A DNA stretch of 64,000 bases from Ruditapes philippinarum (lineage: Eukaryota). The stretch is from NCBI RefSeq assembly GCF_026571515.1, contig NW_026855905.1:1-64000 (forward strand), written 5' to 3'. Position 1 is the first letter of the stretch. The number at the start of each line of letters is the position of its first letter. A model generated the notes under the pieces. That model had not been told where the DNA came from. It did not search any database and saw only the letters and a list, made by a program, of their open reading frames with translations. Position numbers and translations under genes: made by a program. Shown here in pieces: positions 1-11,389 of this stretch.

Positions 1-646
1 TATTAGAGCAATTATCATTAAATTATTAAAAAGGCATGCACAATGTTATTGACGCAAATTATAAATTAAAAAGATCTGAAATGTGTGGTATTTTAAGATA
101 GCAATTTTACAAATGATTGCTTTAAACAAACTAATTTCTTATTTACTATGAACAATTGTATCAAGGCGTACAATATGCAACGTGTTGCAACACATTTATC
201 ATGAATCTTTCTCTTTTTTATTTTTGTGAAAGAATACAGTTCTAAAAGTGGAGAATCATCATATCTAAGGGAGATATAATGATGTTCATGCAAGACGTTT
301 TATTTGCGTCATGTGACATTTATCCTACGCAAACAAAAGTTATATTGCAGTCGTTACAATAAAATTATGATTTTTAAAACATATGAAAGCGAATTCAATT
401 GTAAATAAATATGTGTCTTAAGATATCAAACTTTATCTAGACAAAAATTCAAAATTCTGTTCCTTTTTATTTATTGTATTTCTTTACCTTTAATTGCATG
501 AAGAAGAATGGTTCACTGTTTTGTAATAAAACTAATGAAAATATCCTAATTCTCATATATGACCACACTTTAAAAAGGCGTCATTAAAATAAAAATGTCT
601 TTTAATAAATAGGTGAATAAATAATTTTTAATTGTATATTTTTTTT

Positions 647-921
647 CATCGAAGGTGAACTTGAAAAAAAGGTATTGTGGCTCTCTTGAATATTAATGTG
701 GTCTCGTAATCATTTTTGTTATTTAAACCCAAGGTGTTTGATGATTTTTCAATTTTCTTATTTTTTTTTTTACTATTTACCGAAAGGGCTTTTAACAAAA
801 CAATGTCATCGTAGGTGAACTTGAAAAAAGGTATTGTGGCTTTCTTGAATATTAATGTGGTCTCATAATCATTTTTTTTTATTTAAACCCAAGGTAATTG
901 ATGATTTTTTAAGTTTCTTAA
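647..921 (+). repeat. Local tandem duplication, period about 160 bp
   Basis: catcg(a/t)aggtgaacttgaaaaaa..ggtattgtggc...aaacccaaggt starts at about 647 and again at about 807; single copy in the paralog near 32490-32620. Confidence 0.85.
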
Positions 922-1204
922 TTATTTACTTACTAGAGGCATGGTAAAAACCGTTAGCTGGATGCAAAAATAGACATTCATCTATAATTAAAATAATGGA
1001 ACTAACCAAAGATCGTGTCAAATTATAAACACTTAATCACAGTCAACTGAAAATCAACGTAGTCTTCCGCTTTGCAGGGCATGTGCAACGTTTAAATCTA
1101 ATTAAAATGCCGTTATTCATATTACAATCATCGTTTGAATTGAGGTTTAATTGTTTTTGTATCTGGTATGATAATAATTGGCTCTGTAGTGAAAACTAAT
1201 AAGT

Positions 1205-1265
1205 GTTGATCATCATAGAAAATTTAATGTAACACGCGAGTGCTATTCCATGAAAAAAGTTCTAT
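1205..1265 (-). ncRNA. Motif B, diverged copy (other diverged copies about 32960-33025 -, 48770-48830 +, 53005-53075 +)
   Basis: Minus strand reads UCAUGGAA-UAGCAC-ucgc-GUGUUA-...-UUCUAUGA, keeping both motif B stems. Confidence 0.35.
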
Positions 1266-1863
1266 GGTTACCAAATAAAAAAATGATTGTGCACAATGTG
1301 CGAAAATCAACAACATGGGGATCACAAGGAATGAAATACACGTACCTTAGAAAGAAAATCGCTCATTCATTTCCTAAAAATTCAAAAAGCGCTTTCAATT
1401 GTTTGAGCCTTGTTTTAAGAATGTTTCTAATTATGTAGTTGTACTTTACAGTTTAGGACTTTTCCAACACGATGCCACCATTAATGACTGAAAAGGGTAT
1501 AATCAGCAGGACTGTAATGTCTACAGCCACGAACTTCCACTGATGAATAAATTATTTCTAAGGATTGTAGAACACTAACATTACGTGAAAGTGAACTTAA
1601 CAAAATGTACGCCTTCTATGGATTCGTTAGTGTTTTAGAAATACATTGACGCTTTGATCACTATTTCTTTGAAATTAATGTTTATTTCTTTTTATTATTC
1701 TAAAAAAAAACAAAAAAAAGATAATTTTATTTTTTACTTAATATTCAAACAATACCAAATCCCTTATATGTCAGTTAAAAATGTCACTAAGTTTCATATT
1801 TGCAGTGAGAATAACTGCTTTGGGAATAAACTGTCTTTAGGGCAAATGTCGTGTATGTTATAA

Positions 1864-2902
1864 GTTATAAAGATTTTTGACTGGTTATATGGCCCTATAT
1901 GGTTGTCAATCTCCTACGCAGTGATCTCCCCTTATCAGTACAGAGATCTCTGCCATCACAAACATTGAAATATCCAAATTTGGATATTTATATTTTTTAG
2001 CTTTTTAATTTATTTTTCATTATTTTGTGTACTTTTGATAATTTTTTGTTAAAATATAACGGACGTAGGTACAAAAAGTTAAAAATAAAACAGAAAGAGA
2101 AAAATGACGTTAGATTTTCTATGTAACGGTCGATATTTACATTTGAATTTCGACGTAACGTCATGTGACTTTCATCATCATGTGACGTCTGTGAAGGCAG
2201 TGATTACAATTCTGCCAAGGGAGGTAATCAGTGTGAGGAGTTTGTATGGTTGTCTGGAAATATAACCCGAGCAGCTAGGCGAGGGTTATACTGCAAACAA
2301 CCGTTTATATACGGTCATATATCCTGTCAGGAATATTTATAACGAATTTATAATACTGCAAACCTCTTTTTTGGGAAAAAAGTGAGATTTCCTAGAAAAT
2401 TGACAACAGCCGTGTATATAGAACTATATGAATGTCACGAGTATCCAATGAAACGTGACGTTACATACGTGCAGTATTATCAAACTTATCTCAAATTCTT
2501 TTCGAAAGAATATTAAACCAAAAAGCTTTTAGATTGCAAAGTTCAAAATCACTATCACTAGGGGTACTACATGTTACTTAATTACAATGTTATGTTTTTT
2601 TATTCTCTACCCAAATACCGGCTTTTCCATCTAAGCTCAAATATGAAGTATTTACACTTATAATACTGCACGTTTGTAACGTCATTTTTCATTGGATAAT
2701 CGTTTATATAGTTTTATATACACGGCTGCTGTCGATTCATGAAGAAATCTTACTTTTTTCTCTAAGAATGATGCTTGCTGTATTATAAATTCGTTATAAA
2801 GATTGTTGAAAGGTTATTTGGCCGTATATAAAAGGCTGTTTGCAATATATTTACAAATAGCCGTTTATATAGGGCCATATAACATGTCAACGATCTGATA
2901 AT
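1864..2902. mobile_element. Foldback/MITE-like element with long imperfect terminal inverted repeats
   Basis: Left arm gttatatggccctatat...tataacgaatttataatac...cagccgtgtatatagaactata mirrors right arm tatagttttatatacacggctg...gtattataaattcgttata...atatagggccatataac. Paralogous copies at about 33727-34472 and, partial and inverted, about 47700-48282. Confidence 0.75.
1908..2244. mobile_element. Non-autonomous DNA transposon nested in the foldback element
   Basis: Flanked by direct repeat tatggttgtc (1898-1907 and 2245-2254); degenerate inverted ends (aatctcctacgcagtgatctcccctt / aagggaggtaatcagtgtgaggagttt); absent from the paralog near 33765. A 9-10 bp TSD is consistent with the Mutator superfamily (inference). 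Confidence 0.75.
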
Positions 2903-4187
2903 ATACATGTACAGACTCGGGTAAAATACAAGCGAAGTTACAAAAGTATTGGTTTTATAAGAAGACTATTTACATATCAAATATGAATTTCTTGATAAAT
3001 TTTATTACTTTCAGAAATCAATAACAGTGTCCATGTGTACAGAATGTTGGTCAACATCTTGGATACGTTTACACTTTACTGACAAATGCTACATGAAAAA
3101 TGTAATTTTTTTAAGTTTCACTTAAACTGTTTTAAGTTAAGTATCAGTAGCTGTGCCTATAAAACACGTTTTTAAATAATCTAAAAGTATAGAATTATGG
3201 AGTATTTTCTTTTAAAAAATATCTTGCGAATTTTCGGGCTTAAGTGATAAAAGAATTTATGATGAGTAAGAAGATTTTGAGGTTTTGTTCATTCCTGAAA
3301 TATAGAACATGGCGTATTTCACTGTGACAATAGTGCAAAAATGTAGAAAAAGTACAATAGTCAACACTTGAGCTGTTATCGTCACAATAGTTCTTGTCCT
3401 ACACTTGTTATTTTACCCCAAAGGAAGGATGTACTTTTCGGAATGTAAATATTAAGACCATTAGAAACGCAGAAGGTTGCTATAATTATCAATCTATTTC
3501 TTGCCGTATATAGATCTACTTTGATAGATAATAAGGACACAGCTGTCTTGTGGTCTTATTGTTCAAAATGATGGATAAGTTGTGGCTTTTCAGAAGAAAA
3601 CAATAATTATAATTTGTTCCTGTTTATATAGATAAGATGGTATAAATAAAATGTTGACAACATTCGAGTTGAATGTTTTATGCATCATTCATTAAAATGA
3701 TTGTACTTATCCAAAATATTCAAATATCTTTTGTAAATTATTATACAAATGTCTAAATGTGATTATGGCGTCATATTCATTTCCGCTTGAATCGTAACGT
3801 TGTATTTTCGAATAGCAACAATACAGTTGACTTCTAGATTTAAATATCTAAATTAAGTTTTTAATAATATTGAACAAATCAACTTTTCAAATCTTTGAAT
3901 ACTGCAAATGTCTGATATTTTGTGCATTTTAAATTCATATGATTTATATTGGAATTGAATAATAATAAATACCTCAATTATCACATACTACTTCTGCTCT
4001 TTTCAGACTCAACACCATTCCAGCGTACCATTAACCTGGTCGTGTAATATAAATGTGCTTTAATGGAAGACTCAATACTGTGTCTTTTTACATCATTAAG
4101 ACATTAATTTCTTCATAGCAAGAATGACTGCTCACTTGATCAAATACACAATTAAATACATGTATTGCAATTTTGGGCGTTCTTTAT

Positions 4188-4499
4188 TTGTGTGTGTATT
4201 TGCGTTTATTTTATATTTAACTCGCCACCGGCTGTCCATATGGGCGAGTCCATCAGAAGATTATTAGTCATTTTAGATTTTTGAGGATATTGCAATTACA
4301 GATACAGAAAGATGCCCCAATTCCAGAAGCTACTCCTGGTTTTTTAGCATGCCAAGTGTTTAAGCATCCATACACGAGACCCCGATTTAAAGTTTCATCC
4401 GAAAGACTGATTAGTAATTTTAGTTGGTCAGCCCGGGAATCAAACCCATAATGTCGAGATTACAAGTCTCGCGCTCTAACCGATTGAGCTATCCATCGA
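4188..4499 (-). mobile_element. tRNA-derived SINE with Meta-like central domain
   Basis: Minus strand begins with a tRNA-like head (atagctcaatcggttagagcg A box; ggtttgattccc B box), then tctttcggatgaaactttaaatcggggtc (Meta-SINE-like core) and a CA/A-rich tail. TSD tct(t/c)tat at 4181-4187 and 4500-4506; empty site in the paralog near 35870. Confidence 0.85.
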
Positions 4500-5128
4500 T
4501 CTCTATGGGTTCCAATTTGCTCTATTGCATCACTGACAACATATTAAGTGCTATTTGTGTACCACAAAAGTAAAGTCTTAACCTCTAATGAGCATGAGCG
4601 TTGTGATAAAATTCGATATGCTCTTTAGTATGAATAAAAACATTATGTATGCCAATAACAATATAATCTAGTACCATGTACAAAAGATGACAGAAAAGGT
4701 ATGATGAGTTTTGAAGCCATTAATATTAATGTAATGTAATGCTCCCTCATGAGTCATTAAAGAAACTTGATCCTTTGTTTGATGTCCCTCATGTGAAGTT
4801 AATGAATATAAGGTCTTTATAACAGATTGTAATGTTGATATGTTGATATACCCATTCATTGATATTCGTATATTTTTTACAAAAAATGAGGTAGTGACAT
4901 TATGTCAATATAAAACTATCTTCTAAATAAATCACATTCCTTTATAGTGTTTCAAACCTGATCATTATAATTATAATCTATTCTAAATGATGTTTGTAAG
5001 TATACATAAGTAGGTTAGAAACCTGTTACGCAAATACATTTAGATTTTTGTTGATAACTAATAATCCAAACAATAAATATCAATATCAAATTAATAGCTC
5101 AAACGAATTGGAATTGTTGACCCTTTTC

Positions 5129-5233
5129 AGAAACGATGTCATACATTCAAATTGGTTCCTAAAAGAAAATCCTTCTAAATGGTCATCTGTTATGCCATCT
5201 GACTATGTACAGCTTTCAAATACAAATATTTAA
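5129..5233. other. Highly conserved island between paralogs (enhancer or small terminal exon; unresolved)
   Basis: Only 2 substitutions against about 36610-36714 while flanks diverge. Starts at a (t)n(c/t)ag acceptor-like site and contains two CATCTG E-boxes. Confidence 0.35.
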
Positions 5234-5909
5234 TATAATTAATCGCAAACTAAATAAATGTTCCGGAATGAAATAGTATTTATCTATTTAGAAGGTTTGT
5301 ATCCATTCATTTATATAGCGCCTGCGTCATTCATTTTTAAAGTATGCAAACATATGTCTTTCATAAAAGTATTTTAAACGTTTTTTTATGTAATACTTTC
5401 TCCAAAATTTCGACATTTTGCACCAAATTTATGTAGATATTTACACTTTAAAATTCCGATACATTTTTCATTTTGAGAACTATATTTCTCCACTGTTACA
5501 GTTTAGCCCGACAATGATTTTTTTTCTTCAAATAATTCGTTTCAGCAATTATAACAATAATTCGATGAACTACATTTTTAGTAGTTTCTAATAACAATGT
5601 CTACTCCTGCTAGAACATATATGGGTACAACAGTTATAGAAGAACAAACAACATAAACATCTACTAGTATTGTCGTACAATAATGATATAATTGTCTTTC
5701 TGTTGATAAGACTGGCTCTGTTACTATATTTCAACGTTTCAGTATTAACAGCAATGTTGCAATGCAAACGAAAATATTCAAGAGCATGTATCATTATTAC
5801 TTTAAATTCATAATCCTTTAATTAATATCTAAATTATATTTAATGATCATTTCATTTAAAATAATCGTTATCAAAACGGTAGTTCGTATGACGTTTGTAT
5901 TTGTCACCA

Positions 5910-6190
5910 TGATACATTTATCCCTATCTAAATGTAGTGTAGGTCGACAGATTAATTACTCGAGAGAATTATATAATACACCGAAAGCATGCGAAATGCG
6001 AGGAATATCGAGTATCAAAGCATACCAGCTGACAGATCCATGCATTAAACCTAATTTAACTGATCAGTCATACAGTCATAACATTAGCGTTCAGTTAATG
6101 CTCTCATGGGCAAATGAACAAATATAATTATTGCATCGTCGTCTAATTACTCCTCTCAGATATGCAAATTTCAGGAATTATTTCCCACAA
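5910..6190. promoter_or_regulatory. Candidate conserved enhancer
   Basis: Nearly identical to about 37343-37615 despite diverged flanks. Dense TAAT/ATTA sites, a CAGCTG E-box and octamer ATGCAAAT at 6162-6169. A 9-bp indel and other changes give no clear coding signal. Confidence 0.4.
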
Positions 6191-9104
6191 GTCTATGTTT
6201 TTTTTTTTAAAAACTTTTAATTATTCCATTATATTTTTGTCGGTTTTCGCCAAACATTTTCATTCCACTTTTATGCTGATGTACATGCAACAGGACGAGT
6301 GAGACACATGGATGTTCCTTGACAAAGAAACTATAATTAGAATATATTTAATTTTGAGTTATATCATTTAAACTTATAAATAACACTAGAACGGTGCTTA
6401 AACTGGTGATAAATACTGTTATGACATAATAAAATGCATGTATTTATATTGGTGTTTTAGTTTTAAAAATATTTCTTTAATTGACTGTTTTCGAAATTGT
6501 CTGGAAAAAATATGTTCAATGAAAATACAATGTATACAACGCTTCAAACTCTAATACAGTTTGTTAACAAACCCCTCAAAAGAAATACAGAAAATAAATG
6601 TTTCTTTTGGATCGCTAAATTTTATGGTTACTAAAAAAATGATGGCCAAGTATGGAACAAGATGCTTTTTTGAAAATGTGCTACATTAAAACTTAACAAA
6701 ATTGGTTTGCTGTTTGTCAAGATTTTTCTTCTTCTTGCAATTAAGTTTTTAAAATCCCAACGACACTGTTTGTTTAAAACCGATGATATTAGCTTAATAC
6801 TTTTAATTTTCTGAAATTCAAATGTTTTTGCTAAAAACATAGTACACTTATTTTTTATACTGTCACTTAAAAAAGCGAACTTGTCATTTAATGGAAATTC
6901 TTCGATAAGAGTTTCTTAGAACAAATATGGTTTGATGCAACACAAATGATTAAATAACAATAATTTCTTTAAAATCACTTTAGTTTCAAAATGTAAATTT
7001 CATTACTGTTACAACTATAATGCATTTTTTTCAGTCGGGAATTTATGTTAATAACCTAAATGCCTTCCCAGTGACAATATTTCAATTAACTGAAAACAAC
7101 AACATCAAATGATTATTTGCCACCAATTATTGTGAGACTACTAGTTAACAGGAATTGAAACATAAAAGGCATATTAATATAGTTTTACATGTACAAAATT
7201 CAAAATGTATCGCCTTATTGTATATGCTTTTATAGCATTCTATACGTTTGTTCCTTGGAGAAAGATCGTTCATCATGACTTTGTCGTTATGTTTGTGTTA
7301 CTTTAAGTTCCTTATATATTTTTTTTTATTTTGGTGGTTTCTAGTATTCATAACTGAATAATATACATTAATCAGAAAGATATGATGCCTACTCTTTACG
7401 ACTTATATGTGTGATCTTCAGGCTTTATAACCTCTTATTCGTTTAAGATTATTTCATTGAAAAATAAATTATTGTAACAGAGTTGCTAAAACCTCATTGC
7501 TTTTAAATGACGAAGGCTTCAGACTCGCCTTTTTTATAATGTGATTAAATATGAAATATTGAAGAAGGTGTTACTGCGATTCTTTAAAATAAAATCCTCT
7601 AAGAAAACATTAATTCCCAAAAAATATAAAAACACAGATCAACATTGAAGTGTGGTATTCAATGAATTTATCTCTCATTAAAGCCTAGCCACACGGCACC
7701 ACCTACAGGGAGCACGGCAAGGTACGAAATAACAACAGGAAATAGGTTCTAGGTGGTCTAAGTACTACTTGGTATTTATCAATTTATTTAAACCTAAAAA
7801 AAGATCATCATTGTTGCAGTATTTCCATATTTACCCAATGTGATATCCAAGCAACAAATAGCGTTCATGTGGCCCCTTTTATTATACTAAATGTGTGTAT
7901 CACGTATGTCTTCGTAAAAATGTCCCGGTTCACTTATTTTTAGGTCAAACAAATGGAAACAGAAATAGATGTTAAAATCGAATGAAATCAATAATTATAA
8001 TGTTTCGATATAAAAACCTATTATTCATTTTATTTTTAAATTCTACGCAAATATTATTTATGATGGCACCAACTTATCTTTAGATAATTTCCTTTCAAGT
8101 ACCCTATGTTAATTCCAAGACTGATATCCCAGGTAAAAATGAAACTATATAAGTTGCACGGCAAAGAATGAATAGCAGAGCATAAATAATCAACGTGAAT
8201 AACTAAAAACAAAATAAAAATTAAAATATGCTGCATTCATTTCACATTCAGAAGTTGTTAATTACTTTTCGAGGCCAATTAATACTTTTTCAGCTCAATT
8301 AAAATATCCATAACTAGCAGTTTCTTTTTAATTCTTTAGTAATGAATCATAAAAGAAAGATCCACGCGGCAATAGTTTTACAAAGTAAGCTGGTGGACTT
8401 ACGTTCATATCCAAGTTGGTGGATATTTAATTGCATAATAAGTGCAATTTCAAAAATGTTGTTTAAGTTCCATGAGAATTTGTTACTGTTAGTTAGTAGT
8501 GAGTCTTATTTGCTTTCACAAGCATATGTCATAATTTGAAAATTGCATTCTTGAAAGCAACAAATACAAATACCGTTGCCAAGTTTGTGATAAATAACAT
8601 GTTGCACCTTCGTTACAAATCACTACACAATACTCTACGCCTACGATTTGCAAAAAAAAGGTGTTACGGAAAATTACAGAAGTTATTTCTATAATACGTC
8701 GGGGACATAAAAGAACGGATAAGGTATTGTAAGGGGATTGCAAAGAAACTATGTATTGTAACGTTTATAAAATAAGGTTGCACTAAACTTATTGACTTTC
8801 ATTAATATCAATGAAAGCCAAGAAGACAAATATATAATTCAATACTCAGTAGACTTTGATTTCGAAGATATATCTTTCGCAGTTTGTGTTCTCTATTTTT
8901 GACCAAAGAGGGTTTATTACATGGTTTAGAGACAAGTGCACTTCAGAAAGCCAACACAAATGTATGTAATCGCTGTTTCTCGAAGAACTAAATTATCCAA
9001 GATGTAGGATAAAACCGGATGTAGTAAAATATTTGCACTTTTAAAATATAAAAGGCATGATTTAATGAAAAATGTTTATTAAATATGAATGTTTACAATT
9101 TTGA

Positions 9105-9172
9105 ACTCAACCCCACAACGACTCAGCAACAAGGACCAGCGGCCAGGGGTTCAAGAAGACCCCAAACAAGGT
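9105..9172 (-). repeat. Dispersed GC-rich SINE-like repeat of about 100 bp (also about 35436-35514 +, 39355-39445 -, 41040-41105 -, 47890-47970 -, 50020-50112 -, 51570-51635 -)
   Basis: Shared pattern ggcggggttca..acgcaacccc...gcaagg(g/a)ccagcggccagg.g.ccagg..gaccccaaacaa. The 35436-35514 piece is an insertion relative to the paralog near 3828 and ends in a T-rich tract. Confidence 0.65.
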
Positions 9173-10289
9173 AGATAAAGTAAAAAAAGGTAATAAAGGT
9201 TAGCAAGTAAAAATGCCCCAAACAAATTTATTAGACGCCAGACAAGACAAGATCAGTTGACTTTCCATTATATCAGGATGTTTCTGTAAATAAGTCACAG
9301 AAAGATAAGAAAAGTATATCTTAAGTATCCGAAGCATTTTCAAAACGCACTGTAAGAAATGGTAAGGAGGCATATTAGGTACATTGTTTCTTACAGTAGT
9401 CTTAAACAGATGAAATTATGACACAATTAGGAATTATCACTTTAAGTTGTTATTTGAACAGTTACACATATCGGAACCTGATTTGCTTCCAAATAACGTT
9501 GCTGTAAATTGTGAGGATAATTTGTCTTATTGAAAAAAAGTGCTCAGTAAATGACAGTACTTTTTACAACGAAGTAAAAAGGTACGACATATGAAATATG
9601 AGACATTGTGATTGATGTTTCTGATCAAATGAATTATATGTGCTTTCAAGTAATAAATACCGCGGTCTGAGTCTGTTAAAATCGTATTCTTCTTTTATAA
9701 ATTGTTTTTTATATAGCTTTTCTCAGAGAATTGTTATCATAGAAGCATCGTAAGAGTTCAACTGTTGTCTTAGATTATCTTGTTGAAGTGGTTCTCTATT
9801 CGTAATCAAGTAATCGTAAATAACTGATAACGCATGACTAATCATCATTTTCTATTTGACAACACATTCAGAGAGTAAACACAAAGAATTGATGAAGTTG
9901 AGGTACAAACGGTATAGAATATTACATTTCACTTAACATAGAATCCTATCCGAGTTCAATCGTACGAGGAAATAAGATTGTGTAAAAAGTTATTTATATT
10001 ACTAAAACATTCAATTTACCATTTCTATAAAGGCTTTTAGAGTGACAACATGACAACACCTTTGATATTATAGAAAAAAGACTTCTACAAAGACAACTTG
10101 AATGACTGAACAGTAAATAATCCAAACTCAAGGACAGACAAAAGAATCAAAAAGATAGCAAAGTTATAATAATTTTGTTGAAATGCTTAAAGTATTATTC
10201 TACAATCATGTAAACAAATCTTATGAAACAAATTTAATTATGTCTTTATATCCCTCTATACGAGAAAGAAACATGTAACGAAAAATACA

Positions 10290-10437
10290 GAGAAAAAGAT
10301 TCTCTAACGAAAAGTCAAAACGGCATAATTTAAAATGTTGTAGGCTCGGTTTGATTGAGTCTGCTCATTGACAGTATTGAAAAGTACAAGCTACTGACCA
10401 CGCCCCCTAGCACCGGCGTAAGCAGTATTTAACATTA
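10290..10437 (-). ncRNA. Motif A (subfamily A1), structured element
   Basis: Minus strand: aaugu..aauacugcuuacGCCGGUGCUAGGGGGCGuggucagua..uacugucaa..cagacucAAUCAAACCgagccuacaacauuu, plus 3' hairpin region. Confidence 0.55.
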
Positions 10438-11389
10438 AAACATGTTATTTTAGATTAATAACATCCTTAAATTAATTTTTGAACTGCTATGTGCTCATCA
10501 CATAAATAATTAAACAGTTGCTTTTGCTATCTTCTTTTTTGTTATTTTAAGGGAAGAAGTGCGTTGCTGGTTAATGATTAAGATTTATTCTATTAGGAAA
10601 AGTTAATTCAGAAACATAAATTTGCAGAAAAGTAATAAACTTGCAAGCTTTCGTTTTTTCCCGTTTGTGGTGGAATCATATCGACTCCTACTATTTTCGT
10701 ATGCATCTCTGTCTATGCAAATATAATTAATTCAGTAATTGATTAATCCGAAGAAATCATTTTCATGTTCAAAAATAGATATTGAACAAAAATAAGTATG
10801 TACTACCGAATCTTAAATGTTAACAAAGAAGTCTGTAATGAATCTTCATAACTCAAATATTTCAATAAAATTAAAAATGTCAGATACAATATTCAACTAA
10901 AATGTTTAAAGGTTTTTATAATATAAATATTACAAAAAATTGAATTGACATTCAATAACGTCAAATTCTTCAAATCTCGAAATAAGTGCACTTTTTATTT
11001 AGACGCCGCTTGCAAGCGTCTAGTAGATATGCATTTGTCCATACAGCAATGGGGAAAATTTTAGACATGATTTTGTGTACTTTTTTTGTTTTAACAAAAT
11101 CACACAGTTTTTAAATTTTCTAATAAAAAATAGCTTTTATGATGTACAACATGTCACAGAGCTTTAAGGGATTAGAATAAATGTTTAACTGAAGTGATAG
11201 TGCCATGTTTGAATATCATATTCTTTTTATCATTATCTAATTTTATCTACATAATAGATAACGTGCCAATGAGCCAGTCTATAGTCGATCGTTGTAATAC
11301 TTAACCGTTGAGAGAGGTGACAACTGAGGCAGTGTCACTTACTTCAACTTTGATCAATATCACTTGTCGAATTAAATTACTAGTTACAA

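Larger units (their letters stand above)
1..10572 (+). repeat. Segmental duplication, copy 1 (paralogous to about 31338-40845, same orientation)
   Basis: Collinear near-identical blocks: 30-450 vs 31380-31808, 930-1860 vs 32665-33720, 2910-6290 vs 34490-37730, 8420-10572 vs 38555-40840. The copies differ by TE insertions and indels. Confidence 0.93.

Noticed and set aside
4425-4497. tRNA gene on the minus strand
   Set aside because: No proper acceptor stem; it continues into a SINE body flanked by a TSD, so it is a SINE head.
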